A DNA stretch of 63,660 nt from Saprolegnia diclina VS20 (lineage: Eukaryota): positions 312,949-376,608 of the forward strand of contig NW_008246094.1 in NCBI RefSeq assembly GCF_000281045.1, in the 5' to 3' direction. The notes under the pieces were generated by a model. That model had not been told where the DNA came from. It searched no databases and saw only the letters and a list, made by a program, of their open reading frames with translations. The position numbers were made by a program, and so were the translations under genes. Shown in pieces: positions 12,811 to 22,956 of this stretch. The number at the start of each line of letters is the position of its first letter. Position 1 is the first letter of the stretch.

Positions 12811-13096
12811 GCCCAAGTGTGTTCTGCCCACGAAATTGCATATGAGTTGACGCTTGAATCGTTGTTGCTGTATTGAGCTCTGCGCTTTGACATTGCACTA
12901 TATGCCCGAGGCGGACCCTGGAGATGCGTCAAGCCCGACTTGCCCCATCGCATCTCCCTTACAAACTCACTCTCGATTCCCACAGGCTGCATGATGGGAT
13001 GCTATGTACAGGAACAAGCTAGTTCAACTGTGCCTTGGTGACACAGAAATCGACTGTTTATCTCTAAACTCTATATCTACACTATCGATCTCGGAT

Positions 13097-14007
13097 CTAA
13101 CCGAAGAGACCGCCGACTACGTCGTCGCTGTCCGTGTCACTCGCGGTGGCTTCGGCCGACTCTTGCGCATCGGCGGCGCGCTCGTTGAGCTCGAGGGTTG
13201 TCGCCACGTCAACGAACGGACGCCATTGCGGGTGGGCGCTGGCGAGAGCGGCGATCCGCTCCTTCGGGCCAGAGACCAAGCAGCACGTGTTGAGCCAGTT
13301 GGGCCACAGCCGCATTTCGTCGTACGGCACAAAGCTCGGCACGGGTGCCGCGAGCGTCGCCCAGCCCACTTTGCTCAAGAAGGCCGTCATGTCGGCGTCG
13401 TGTTCGTCTTTCCGGAAGAGGTGAGCGTGAAGGAAGAGTCCGTTCGCATTGTTCACGAGCGCAAGGACCGTCGAGAGGAGCGCGTCGAGGTTCGTCTTGT
13501 AGTACATGAGCTCGCACCCGATGACAATGTCAAAGTCGCCGACCGTCGACGGCCCAGGCCCCCACAGCAGCTGACGCGCGGACGCGTTCAATGCAGGCTT
13601 GGCCGTCTGCACCGTGTGTTGCACGTTGCGTTGCGCGAGAGCGACCGCGCGCGCGTCGCCGTCCGTCACGAGAAGCTTCTTGACGGACGCCGTGACGGCA
13701 GTGACCGACCCCACCGCGCCGGTGCCGCACCCGAGCTAGCCATTGTGTGAGTGGGCAGACAGAGAGAGCCGTTGGTAGTACGTACTTCGACGAGGCGTGC
13801 GTCATGCAAGAGGGCGCGGCAGGGTGTCGACCCGAGGAAGCGTGCGAGGACGTGGGCGCCGGCGTAGACGCGGAGGCCCGTCGCGTCCTGGTTGGTCGAG
13901 TTGGCGCCAAGGCAGAGCTGGTTGAACTGGGCTTGGCGGTACTGATACATGGGAAACGTTCCGGTCGCACCAAAGTCGACGTCTTCGAGCGCAACGAGCG
14001 GGTCCAT
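13097..14007 (-). CDS. Class I SAM-dependent protein methyltransferase (METTL21/Methyltransf_16 family)
   Basis: DATGLRVYAGAHVLARFL, motif I VE|LGCGTG rebuilt across one intron (~13737-13785), LLVTDGD, LLWG, FDIVIGCELMY. Confidence 0.88.
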
Positions 14008-14599
14008 GCTTCGGCTTGCGTCCTAGGCGTGCAAAGGGAATCTGGATCTAAATTTGATGGCCCAGAAAGCGGTCGCGGGTGTCGCCCCGTGGAAAATGTG
14101 AAAAATCACGTTGAGCTCAAGGGCAAGGCGCTCTGGCGTGTGCAAGCCTGCAAGCCTCCGTGTTCCGATACCTGCTCCCATACGACTCATACAGCAAGGC
14201 AAGGTATACCTTGCAGTGCTTCAACTCGCCTGCGCTTTGAAGGCCGCGCTTCCGGCCTCGGCGCCGGCGACCATCACATCATCTTGGCATGCGACAACCC
14301 CGGTGATTTCTCGGTGATTTTGCAGCCACGATTCGCTCGAGCCATTTTAATGTTAGGGCTGTGACGATTATCCGGAAATCGCGCGCTTCGTCGCCTGCGA
14401 GCTGCAAATATTTCGGCATCGAGCGCTGCGCTTGACGTACCTTGGTGTGATCTACTAAGTTAGGGTGTGCAATGTAGTCTACATATACCTCAGCTGCTTG
14501 GCCTCTTGTTGCGACTCGGCATTGACCACCGAATAAAAATTTAGAGATCAAGCGTCGCCAGAGCCAATCAGCGCGTACTTCAACCACGGCTTTTCTACC

Positions 14600-14695
14600 A
14601 AAAACACACGCGTGTGTTTTTTACAAGCAAAGTGTGAAATGGGTGTGAAAAAGACCCCGGGGCACGGGGCGAAAGAGCGTATGGACCCCGGGGCA
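14600..14695. promoter_or_regulatory. Palindromes in the divergent methyltransferase/RPB3 promoter
   Basis: Perfect 22-bp palindrome AAAAACACACGCGTGTGTTTTT at 14600-14621. Two copies of GACCCCGGGGCA at 14653-14664 and 14684-14695. CCAAT box near 14563. Confidence 0.45.
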
Positions 14696-14764
14696 TGAAA
14701 GCCGATTATTTGGTTGCTGGTGTTCGAATTCATCATCTCATTTGAGCGGACGACGAGCAGCAGC

Positions 14765-15941
14765 ATGCCCCACCCGCGCTTCCCGAAGATCGACATCCAA
14801 GAGCTCCGCGACGACTTTATTAAGTTCGAGCTCAGCGAGACGGATACGAGCGTCGCCAACTCGATCCGGCGCGTCATGATCGCCGAGGTCCCGACGCTTG
14901 CGATCGACCTCGTGAGCATTGAGATCAACACGAGCGTCATCACGGACGAGTTCCTTGCGCACCGCCTGGGCATGATCCCGCTGGCCTTTGATGGCGGCCT
15001 CGAGGGCTTCAAGAAGCGCTTTGTCTACTCGGCCGACTGCGACTGTGACGAGCACTGCCCGCACTGCAGCGTCGAGCTCGAGCTGGACGTGCGCGCCGAG
15101 TCGGGCATGCAGACCGTGACGTCGCAGTCGCTGCGGTCGCTCGACCCGTACGTGCACCCGGTGCACTTTAGCTCGGAAGAGGAACTCAACAACACACAAG
15201 ACTCGGGTGTCATCATCGCCAAGCTCGGCCCGGGCCAGCGCTTGAAATTGAACGCGCTCGCCAAGCTCGTACGGCGCGCAGGCGTGATGGACATGGCGCG
15301 CTCATCTCGACAATTAGGGTATCGGCAAGGAGCACGCCAAGTGGTCGCCAGTCGCTGTCGCCACGTACATGTTCGAGCCCATCATTACGCTCAACCAGAG
15401 TACGCAGTGCCATCGTGCGCGCTTGAGGCTTATAGGGTGTGCATTGTAGAGGTCCTCAGCACTTACACGAACGAGCAGCGCGTCGAGCTCTACAAGTCGT
15501 GCCCGACGCGTGTCTTCGAGATCGACGATACGTACGACCAGGTAGGCCATCCATGCATGTAGCAGCACTCGGAACGAACTTACGAACTTCACCATGTTCC
15601 CTAGATCCAAGTCGAAGATCACATGCGTTGCATGTACTGCGACGAGTGCGTCAAGCTTGCGGAGAGCTACTTGGAGAACCCGGAAGACGACGCGGCCGTG
15701 ACGGTGACCATGACGCCCGACAAGTTTATCTTCTCTGTCGAGGCAAGACCAGGTTCCTCCTCATTTCTTCTCATGACCAGTGCCACGATAGACAACGGGC
15801 CAGCTCAAGCCGGAAGAGGTCGTCATTTGCGCGCTCGATATCATCAAGGACAAGCTCTCGTCACTGAAGCACCAGTGCCTCGAGCTCTCGCAGGACGAAG
15901 GCATGACCAGTCACCAAGCGCCCATGACGCCGTTCGGCTAG
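14765..15941 (+). CDS. RPB3: DNA-directed RNA polymerase II subunit RPB3
   Basis: FELSETDTSVANSIRRVMIAEVPTLAIDLVSIEINTSVITDEFLAHRLGMIPL, Zn motif CDCDEHCPHCSV, GIGKEHAKWSPV and FSVE|TTGQLKPEEV. Four short introns, the last GC-AG (15743-15791). Confidence 0.97.
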
Positions 15942-15978
15942 ATGCAATCTCGTGCCACTCCATATATTCTTCTTTTGG

Positions 15979-17254
15979 CTACATGTCGCGTTTCGTCGGC
16001 ACCGCGCGCGGGTCGATGACATTCCAGTCGAGCATCGACGCGGTGAGCACCTACAGAGCTGCATGACGAGTGTCGATGGCGGTGCAACGTACCGGTGGCT
16101 GTGTGCGTGACGGCTCGGCATACGTTGGCAATACGTGGTCCATGAGCGTCGCGTCATTGGTCGACACCCGGGGCGTCGCCATCATTTGCTGCTGACGCAG
16201 CCTACAATACCACGTCATCTCGAGACTTCAGATAAGAACAGTCCGCCGACGTACGCTTGCAGCTCGGACTCGAGCGCGGTACACGAACCGAGCTCTGGGT
16301 GCTCACTGAGCGCAACGAGGTTGCCAAGCATGTCGGACACGTGCAAGTCGGCGAGCACCATGCCCTGGGAGACGCAGAGGTAGAGCACATTGTGCTCAAG
16401 CATTTGGGTCGCGCGCTCAAAGCCAAGGCTGCCGTCAGGGTACAACGTGTGGCAGCCCGCGCCTTCGTCGCTCGTTTCGCGGCCGATCGTCGACATGGAT
16501 CCGTTGTGCACCATTGGGTACGGGTACACGAGCGGGCTCAAGTACTTGGGGAGCACGAGGAGGAGGTGGATGACGCGGCCGAGGCCGGCAGCGACCACGT
16601 CCGGCGGGAGACCCTCGTAGCGCCCCGAGATGGGCAGCGGAAGGTGCATGATCGTGCGAAAAAAGGGCGATTTGTCGGCAGGAATGACCTTGACAAGCTG
16701 CAGCAGCTGTAGCACCTTGGTACGCCGCACGGCCACGAGGTTCTACACGGCAAAGCGTCAACATGTCCAAGAATGTGGAAGGAGAACCTGCTCGTTCCAG
16801 CGGGAGACGCGGTGGAGACCCTGCATGATAAAGTCCATGTCGGTTCCGGTCGCGTCGGCGGGCATTGTCTCGGCAAGCCGCGCTTTGGTGTGCGCCAGGA
16901 GATCGCGGCGCTTCCCCATCATGTGCAGCATCTTCGCGAGCTTGATGCGCTCTAAGGACGTTGTTGACATGCATGGGTTGCTGTAGCGAATGCAATACCA
17001 ATGTCAAGCGCGCCTTTGAGCGTGAGGAGCGCGGCCTCGTCACGCGCCTCGTCCTGCGCCAGCATGTCGTCGTCGTCGTCGGGCTCGCCAGGCGCGTCGT
17101 CCTTGAGCGACGACGCAGCCTTCTCGCGGAGCACAGCGACGTCGGCCCGTAGCGCCGTCAGCATCGTGCGCTTCTGCTGGATCGTGCTCGACGCGCAGTT
17201 GGCGCAGAGCAGGTAGACCTGGTCCTGGGACTTGGCGCAGCCGCCGCACTGCAT
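15979..17254 (-). CDS. ATG14: ATG14/UVRAG-family PI3K complex subunit (ATG14-like)
   Basis: N-terminal CxxC...CxxC (MQCGGC...LCANC) followed by a coiled coil. BARA-type segment IMHLPLP...VAAGLGRVIHLLLVLPKYLSPLVYPYPM...MLEHNVLYLCVSQG. Several short introns; stop at 15979. Confidence 0.72.
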
Positions 17255-17617
17255 ATCTTGTTTTCTGGCATCTTGCCGTGTTGATCACAAAAATACCGTA
17301 CATTTCGTTAAAAATACCGTCAAGATGGAGCAAAGAATGCACGCCATCCTTCTGAGGTGCCGATTGGCTACGTATACACCAATCGGGTCGCGACCGAGCT
17401 CGCTTGTTAAGTGCGATCTGTGGATTTAGAATTATACTACCTTCTATATGTCACGTACCTATTGGAGACAAGTCGCACTTGACAGATCGTATAAATGACG
17501 GTTTTGGCGCGCTTCCCGGTCGGATCGGAACGAATTGCCTTTTCACAGTGCGTACGGGACCACCTTGCTCTGGTACAGGACAACCACTCTTTATTACAAC
17601 GCATTTGCTTGAAAGCA

Positions 17618-17817
17618 TCAACAGATCTAGTGATGGTAAACTGTCCTCCAGCTTTTACGCCGTGTCATTTTTCTAGAAATCGAACCACGCAACGCAGGCC
17701 GAGAGGCGGCGTCTTATACAACTACTGCTCGGGCCTCGTCACAGCGCACGCTGTGTACCTTATGAAGCCGGCGTCAACGGATCTAGTGATAGTAAGCTCT
17801 CCTCCAGCTTTTACGCC
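17618..17817 (+). repeat. Imperfect 44-bp direct repeat, two copies (17618-17661 and 17774-17817)
   Basis: tcaacagatctagtgatggtaaactgtcctccagcttttacgcc versus tcaacggatctagtgatagtaagctctcctccagcttttacgcc. Confidence 0.85.
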
Positions 17818-17980
17818 TGCGTTCAATAGTTCAGCTCGCAACAATTTGTTTTTAGGAGCTCTTTAACGACAAGTTTTTCATTCGAAACCTTTCGTTTTGC
17901 ATGGCAGACGATCGAAACACGCTCGTTTGGTACCGGTATTTGATATTTCTCTGGCAGCTATTCCAAATCCAATAGTGTAG

Positions 17981-18300
17981 GCCGGTGCCTGCCGTGGTCG
18001 TCGCTTGTACCCTTTGCCGACATGCTCAACCACAACAACCACGCCACCATGTATGCGTACGAGAACAAGACGCTCGAGTGGCACTCGTCCATCGGGTACA
18101 AGCGCGGCAACCAAGTCTTCAGCCGATACGGCCGGCGCCCCAACCGTACAACATCAATGCTATCTCGTACACATTTCATAGCTTGCACTAGACCAACTGT
18201 TGCTCCACTACGGTTTTGCGCTGCGTGAAAACGCTGTGGACTATATCACCTGCACCTCGCGGTGTCGTACCCGAGTGCCTTGTCCAAGACGGAGCACCGC
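17981..18300 (+). pseudogene. Fragment of a SET-domain lysine methyltransferase (SETD3/Rubisco LSMT type), frameshifted
   Basis: GRCLPWSSLVPFADMLNH...GNQVFSRYGRRPN | intron | HQLLLHYGFALRENAVDYI carries the PxxDMLNH and YGF motifs. The frame degenerates after ~18250 and no intact N-terminal SET half was found. Confidence 0.7.
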
Positions 18301-19311
18301 GCGGTCCTCAGCAAGACGCACCGTATGCCGTTCAAGACCAACTTCCGTCTTACGCACGACACGTCCGTTGCGTCACTGCTAGCGTATATATATATTTGAT
18401 TATTGTTGTTAGAAAGATTTGACCGACCGTGTCGTCACGGGCCTCACCCGCGGCCACAAGCGTCGTAGGGCGACGACAGAAGAGCCAGACGAGCCCCCGC
18501 GCCGCTGCCTGCGCAGCCACGGCCCGGCGAGCGAATGAAGAAGGAGATTGCTAGTCTCTATTAGTACACACAGACTTCGCATACGTACTAGTAACTATGA
18601 AGATAACGCGAAACACGTTCATATATATATTATTGTTGGCTCCACTACTCCAATCGACTTGCTTATGTTTGACGCTTGCGCTTGGTCGCGAGCAAGCGCG
18701 TGAGCAGCGCCCGCGCCGTTACCGTCACGTCAGTCGCGTTGAGATGACCAATCCCAATAGCCAACGCCCCGTCAACCACGTTGCCAGATTGCAGCAGTGC
18801 AGTCGTGGGTGGCCTCGCGTGCAAAGTAAATGTCACCAAACATAGAGAAGTTGCGTGCACTTGGCATGTTGGACTATCTTATAATGCAATTGCACGCAAC
18901 TTTAACGTCACGATCCTTCTTACTATTCGACTCGAGCTGCATTCCTCGTAGGCAAACTGGCGCGGTGCTAGGAGGTGTGCTGCTGTACGCATCATGATGG
19001 TTTCACAATGGCTGTTGGTGCAGCTACATTTGGATTCACCAGCAACCTTGCCCCGTAGTGCTTGTTGAGGCTGAAGCGCGGTTGTTCTACACGCCTTGAC
19101 CACACGAGCCGTGGTCAATAAGACATGGACCCAAGCAGCAGGCGAGGCTCTATCGTAAATATACGCCCTAGGGACTTTGGTGAATGTGTGATCTACGTCT
19201 ACGAGGCGAGGCAAGGGAGAGGTTTGTCCGCACGAGCGTGTCGAGAAGTTATGAAACTCCAGCGATGGTCTTGGTCCGTTTCGCCTCGCGTTGAAACACC
19301 GTCGAGCGTCG

Positions 19312-19327
19312 ACACTTGTCAATTTGC
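19312..19327 (+). promoter_or_regulatory. Oomycete-type Inr+FPR core promoter element
   Basis: ACACTTGTCAATTTGC, 5 bp upstream of the ATG at 19333, resembles the oomycete CAYTYYNCAWTTTNC initiator/flanking-region consensus. Confidence 0.55.
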
Positions 19328-19332
19328 CAACC

Positions 19333-21138
19333 ATGCACCGTATTGCGATCGTCCTTAGTGCGCTCGTACCCATCGTCTTGGCTTCTGGCGAAGGAGGCGA
19401 GCGCGGCTATGGCGGCTACGGCGGCTACAGTGGCTACGGCGGCTACGGCTCCAACGCGTGCTCGCAACTAACCGACTGCGTCGTCAAACCGTGCTACATC
19501 GTCAAGTGTCTCTACGGCTCGTGCGTCTACGACAAGCAGCCGTATGGCACCAAATGTCCGGGCAAGGGCGACTTGAACAATGGCTCTTGCGACGACGACG
19601 CCAACGACTTTTGCGACGACAGCGGACAGTGCAATGACGCCTTCAAGCCCGCTACGCACGTGTGCCGCCCCGCCGCCAACGTCTGCGACGTGCCCGAGCT
19701 GTGCGATGGCAGCTGCAGCTTTTGTCCGACCGACCAATTTGCCGCCAAGAAGACGGTCTGCTCGTCCATTGGCGCGTCGTCGGGTGGCCTCTGCGATAGC
19801 GTCGACTATTGCGATGGGCGAGGCCGCTGCGTCGATGGCTTTCGGCCTGCTGGTAGTGTCTGCCGCGCCGCCGTCGATGTGTGCGATGTGCCCGAAACGT
19901 GCTCTGGCAAAACCGGTGCATGCCCCGCCAACAAGTTTGCAGCACAGACCACCGTGTGCACTGCGATTGGCAAGTCATCCGGAGGTCTCTGCGACTGCGT
20001 TGACTACTGCAACGGCAGGGGCAAGTGTATCGACAGCTTCAAGCCCACGGGTACTGTCTGCCGGGCCGCGACCGATGTGTGCGACGTGGCCGAAACGTGC
20101 TCGGGTGCGAGTGGCGTCTGCCCCGCCGACGCCTTTGCACCAAAGACGACTGCCTGTACGTCGCTTGGCAAGTCGACGGGCGGCGACTGTGACGATGTCG
20201 ACTACTGCAACGGCAATGGCAAGTGCGTCGATGGCTTCAAGCCTAAGGGTAGTGTGTGCCGCGCCGCCGCGAATGTCTGTGATGTCGCCGAGACCTGCAA
20301 TGGCTCCAACGGCAACTGTCCCAGCAATGCATTCGCGCCCAAGACCACCGTGTGCACGAGTATTGGCAAATCCACGGGTGGGCTCTGTGATGGCGTCGAC
20401 TACTGCGACGGGGACGGCTGCTGCATCGATGGCTTCCGCGCCGCTGGTGGCGTTTGTCGCGCGGCCGTCAACGTTTGCGATAAGGCCGAGACGTGCTCTG
20501 GCAAGAGCGGCGCCTGCCCGTCTGACAGCTTTGCCAAGAAAGGTACCGACTGCTCGTCAATTGGCCTCTCGTCCGGCCGTCTTTGCAACGAGAAGGACAC
20601 GTGCGACGGCCGCGGCTGCTGCGTCGAGACATACAAGCCCGCGGGTACCGTCTGCCGGCCCGCGGCGTCCGAATGCGATGTGCCCGAGGTGTGCCCGGGC
20701 AACTCAGGCGTATGCCCCAAGAACGCTTTTGCGCCGTCGACCAAGGCGTGCAACGGCAAGTCCACCGGCGGCGCGTGTGACGGCGACGACACGTGCGACG
20801 GCAACGGCGCCTGCGTCGACAAGTACCTCGACGCACACTCGTTGTGCTACCATAAGCAGGGCGTCTGCGACGGCAACGTCTTTTGCGACGGAACGTCCGC
20901 CGTGTGCCCGGTCCCAAAGGCCTACACGCTCCTCACCGCGCAAGCGTTGCGCAGTTGTGCGACCTCCGTGTCAAGATTCACGTCGACGTCGCTCGCGTCA
21001 CTGTACGAAGCGAGCGTGACGCGATATGGCGTGGTGTTGCTCGTGTCGTGTCTGTGTGTCTCTGCGCTTGCTGTGTTTGTGGCCAGAAAGGCCCGCGTGT
21101 CCGAAGACGACGCGTTTGCCTACTACCTCGAGACGTAG
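19333..21138 (+). CDS. Cys-rich disintegrin-like repeat cell-surface protein
   Basis: Signal peptide MHRIAIVLSALVPIVLA and GGY-rich segment. Six 66-aa repeats containing CRxAxxxCDxxExCxGxxxxCP plus a degenerate seventh. C-terminal TM helix and short tail. Intronless. Confidence 0.9.
   Translation: MHRIAIVLSALVPIVLASGEGGERGYGGYGGYSGYGGYGSNACSQLTDCVVKPCYIVKCLYGSCVYDKQPYGTKCPGKGDLNNGSCDDDANDFCDDSGQCNDAFKPATHVCRPAANVCDVPELCDGSCSFCPTDQFAAKKTVCSSIGASSGGLCDSVDYCDGRGRCVDGFRPAGSVCRAAVDVCDVPETCSGKTGACPANKFAAQTTVCTAIGKSSGGLCDCVDYCNGRGKCIDSFKPTGTVCRAATDVCDVAETCSGASGVCPADAFAPKTTACTSLGKSTGGDCDDVDYCNGNGKCVDGFKPKGSVCRAAANVCDVAETCNGSNGNCPSNAFAPKTTVCTSIGKSTGGLCDGVDYCDGDGCCIDGFRAAGGVCRAAVNVCDKAETCSGKSGACPSDSFAKKGTDCSSIGLSSGRLCNEKDTCDGRGCCVETYKPAGTVCRPAASECDVPEVCPGNSGVCPKNAFAPSTKACNGKSTGGACDGDDTCDGNGACVDKYLDAHSLCYHKQGVCDGNVFCDGTSAVCPVPKAYTLLTAQALRSCATSVSRFTSTSLASLYEASVTRYGVVLLVSCLCVSALAVFVARKARVSEDDAFAYYLET
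19663..20910 (+). repeat. Coding tandem repeat with 198-bp period
   Basis: The repeat-initial Cys codon recurs at 19663, 19861, 20059, 20257, 20455 and 20653, with a degenerate copy at 20845. Confidence 0.9.
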
Positions 21139-21259
21139 GCAACTTCAACCTGAAATATACCGTGTTTTTCCAGGAAATCGGTAGAAAAAGCCGTGAAAAT
21201 ACCGAATGTTTTCGATTTTTTCTGCGGCGGAGCATTCGAAAAGCACACTCGACGAAGCG

Positions 21260-21802
21260 ATGGCTGGCCGACGCATCCAAACCCCGAAGCGCACGCAGCC
21301 GACGAAGGGCGCGCCCCGCGGCAAGGGCATCCCCAAGACGTCGGACCTCATCGGCGTCGCCTCCGTGCCCCTCTCGGAGCGCTTCACGCAGCTGCATTCG
21401 GCGCCAGCACAGACAGCGCCCAAGAAGAAGAAGAAGGCGGCCGTGGTCGTCGGCGCGGCCCAGAAGGCGAAGCGCCAGAATGCTGTGAACGCCCGCCGCG
21501 GCATTGCGCCGGCGCCGCTCGCTAAGCAGCAGCTCAAGGCCAAGCAGACGGCTGCGTTGGCCAAGCCGTCGCTGAGCCGCACCAAGGGCGGCGTCAAGAT
21601 CAACAACCTGCGTGGCGGCAAGCGCCAGGGGCCTGTGAAGCGCCTCGCCAAGCCCGCCCCCGTCAAGAAGGAAGAAGACCTCGATATGGACATGGACACG
21701 TACTGGTTTCAGGCAGGAAAAGGCCCGGACCCGAAGCAGAAGCGCCTCGACGACCAAATGGACCAGTACTGGGCGAGCAAGCCCGTCGAAGTCGCGCCCT
21801 AG
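21260..21802 (+). CDS. CHTOP: CHTOP/Friend-of-PRMT1-like mRNA export factor
   Basis: Basic Lys/Arg/Gly-rich protein with PLSERF and a duplicated C-terminal LDxxMDxYW motif (DLDMDMDTYW, RLDDQMDQYW), typical of FoP_duplication/UAP56-binding motifs. Confidence 0.72.
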   Translation: MAGRRIQTPKRTQPTKGAPRGKGIPKTSDLIGVASVPLSERFTQLHSAPAQTAPKKKKKAAVVVGAAQKAKRQNAVNARRGIAPAPLAKQQLKAKQTAALAKPSLSRTKGGVKINNLRGGKRQGPVKRLAKPAPVKKEEDLDMDMDTYWFQAGKGPDPKQKRLDDQMDQYWASKPVEVAP

Positions 21803-21925
21803 TCGCTTTTTTATGTGTACTTGGGCCATGTATATGAATGCGCTTGTTTGTTTTGCGATATCTCCTTGCTTGGTTCTACCGACGCCAAGCTTGTGGTGGA
21901 ATCAACGGCAGTCCCATTCCTCTTC

Positions 21926-22956
21926 TTAATCGTACAAGGCAGGATCGACGTGCATGCCATCAAGCTTCTTTTTCCACGTCGTCCACTCGACCGCGGTCGC
22001 CAGCGGCTGAATGACGTCCATGGCGTCTTTGGCAATCTGCTTGTAGCCCTACGAGTGCGGTATGAGCCTCCTCTGTCGCCGTGCTCGCCCGTACGCTCGA
22101 GTTGAAGTGAATGCCGTCAAACGCCTTGGCTTCGGGGCGGCGCACCATCGGAATCGCAAGGTCGGGGGCGCACATGACGGGTAGCTCGTCATGCTGCGTG
22201 CTACAAGTCAGGGTGACGCGTCGTTCCGACAATGGAACGTCGTACTCGACGCAAAAGTCGCGCAGGAGCTTGTTGGTCGCGGTATGCTTGACGTTAATCG
22301 CCTTGATGTCCGAGTGGCAGAGTGTGCCGACGGCGACGCGCTTCCCCTTCTTCGTCAATGCGTCGCAGATACTCTTGATGTTGCGCAGCGTCACCTCTGG
22401 CTCAATGGGCGGTGATCGTCTAATGTATGTTCATGAGTTTCGACAGTCTAGCGTCGTTTGGCGGTACTGGGCGTCCATGGAGCCAACGACGACGAGTACA
22501 ATGTCGGCGTCGCGGTATTCCTTCTTGGAGAAGACCGTTTGAAAGTACTAGAGGCGTGTGAGGTCTTGGGCGCGCACCTACGATTGTGTTTACCTTGGTG
22601 TCGGCCATGGGCGTCCACTGGGACGAGTCGGTGTCGACAATGCCCCGGTTGATGACCTGCCAGTTGTGGCGGATCTACACACTATGTGAGCCAAGGCGGC
22701 TATGCGCACTGCTTGCCTTGGCTTCTTGGGCCATTGCGGCGTGGAGGTACTTGGCGAGGCCACCAGGCGAGTCAAAGTTGATGTAGTCGCCATACCCAGC
22801 TGCAAAGCCGTCGCCGATGATGACGATCTTGTGGCGGTACTCGCTGGTGGGCAGGATCGCGCGAGGTGGCTGCTGGATCCAGCGGCAGAGCCGCAGCCAG
22901 AGCCATGCACAGTACGAGCGCACGATCACGTAGAGGTACAGGACGATGGCTTGCAT
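21926..22956 (-). CDS. SGNH/GDSL-fold protein with degenerate catalytic motifs
   Basis: N-terminal hydrophobic anchor. Block I KIVIIGDGFAAGYG, block II VINRG, block III VVVGSMD, block V FDGIHFNSSGY. About five introns including a GC-AG intron at 22675-22716. Confidence 0.82.

Noticed and set aside
19663..20910. Regularly spaced repeats as a possible CRISPR array or satellite
   Set aside because: The period is 198 bp, in frame, with synonymous-type divergence and no unique spacers or cas genes, so it is a coding repeat.
19580..21019. 479-aa alternative-frame Ala/Ser/Thr/Pro-rich ORF overlapping the disintegrin gene
   Set aside because: It is a by-product of the repetitive GC-rich Cys-coding frame. 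The Cys frame has the signal peptide and TM helix.
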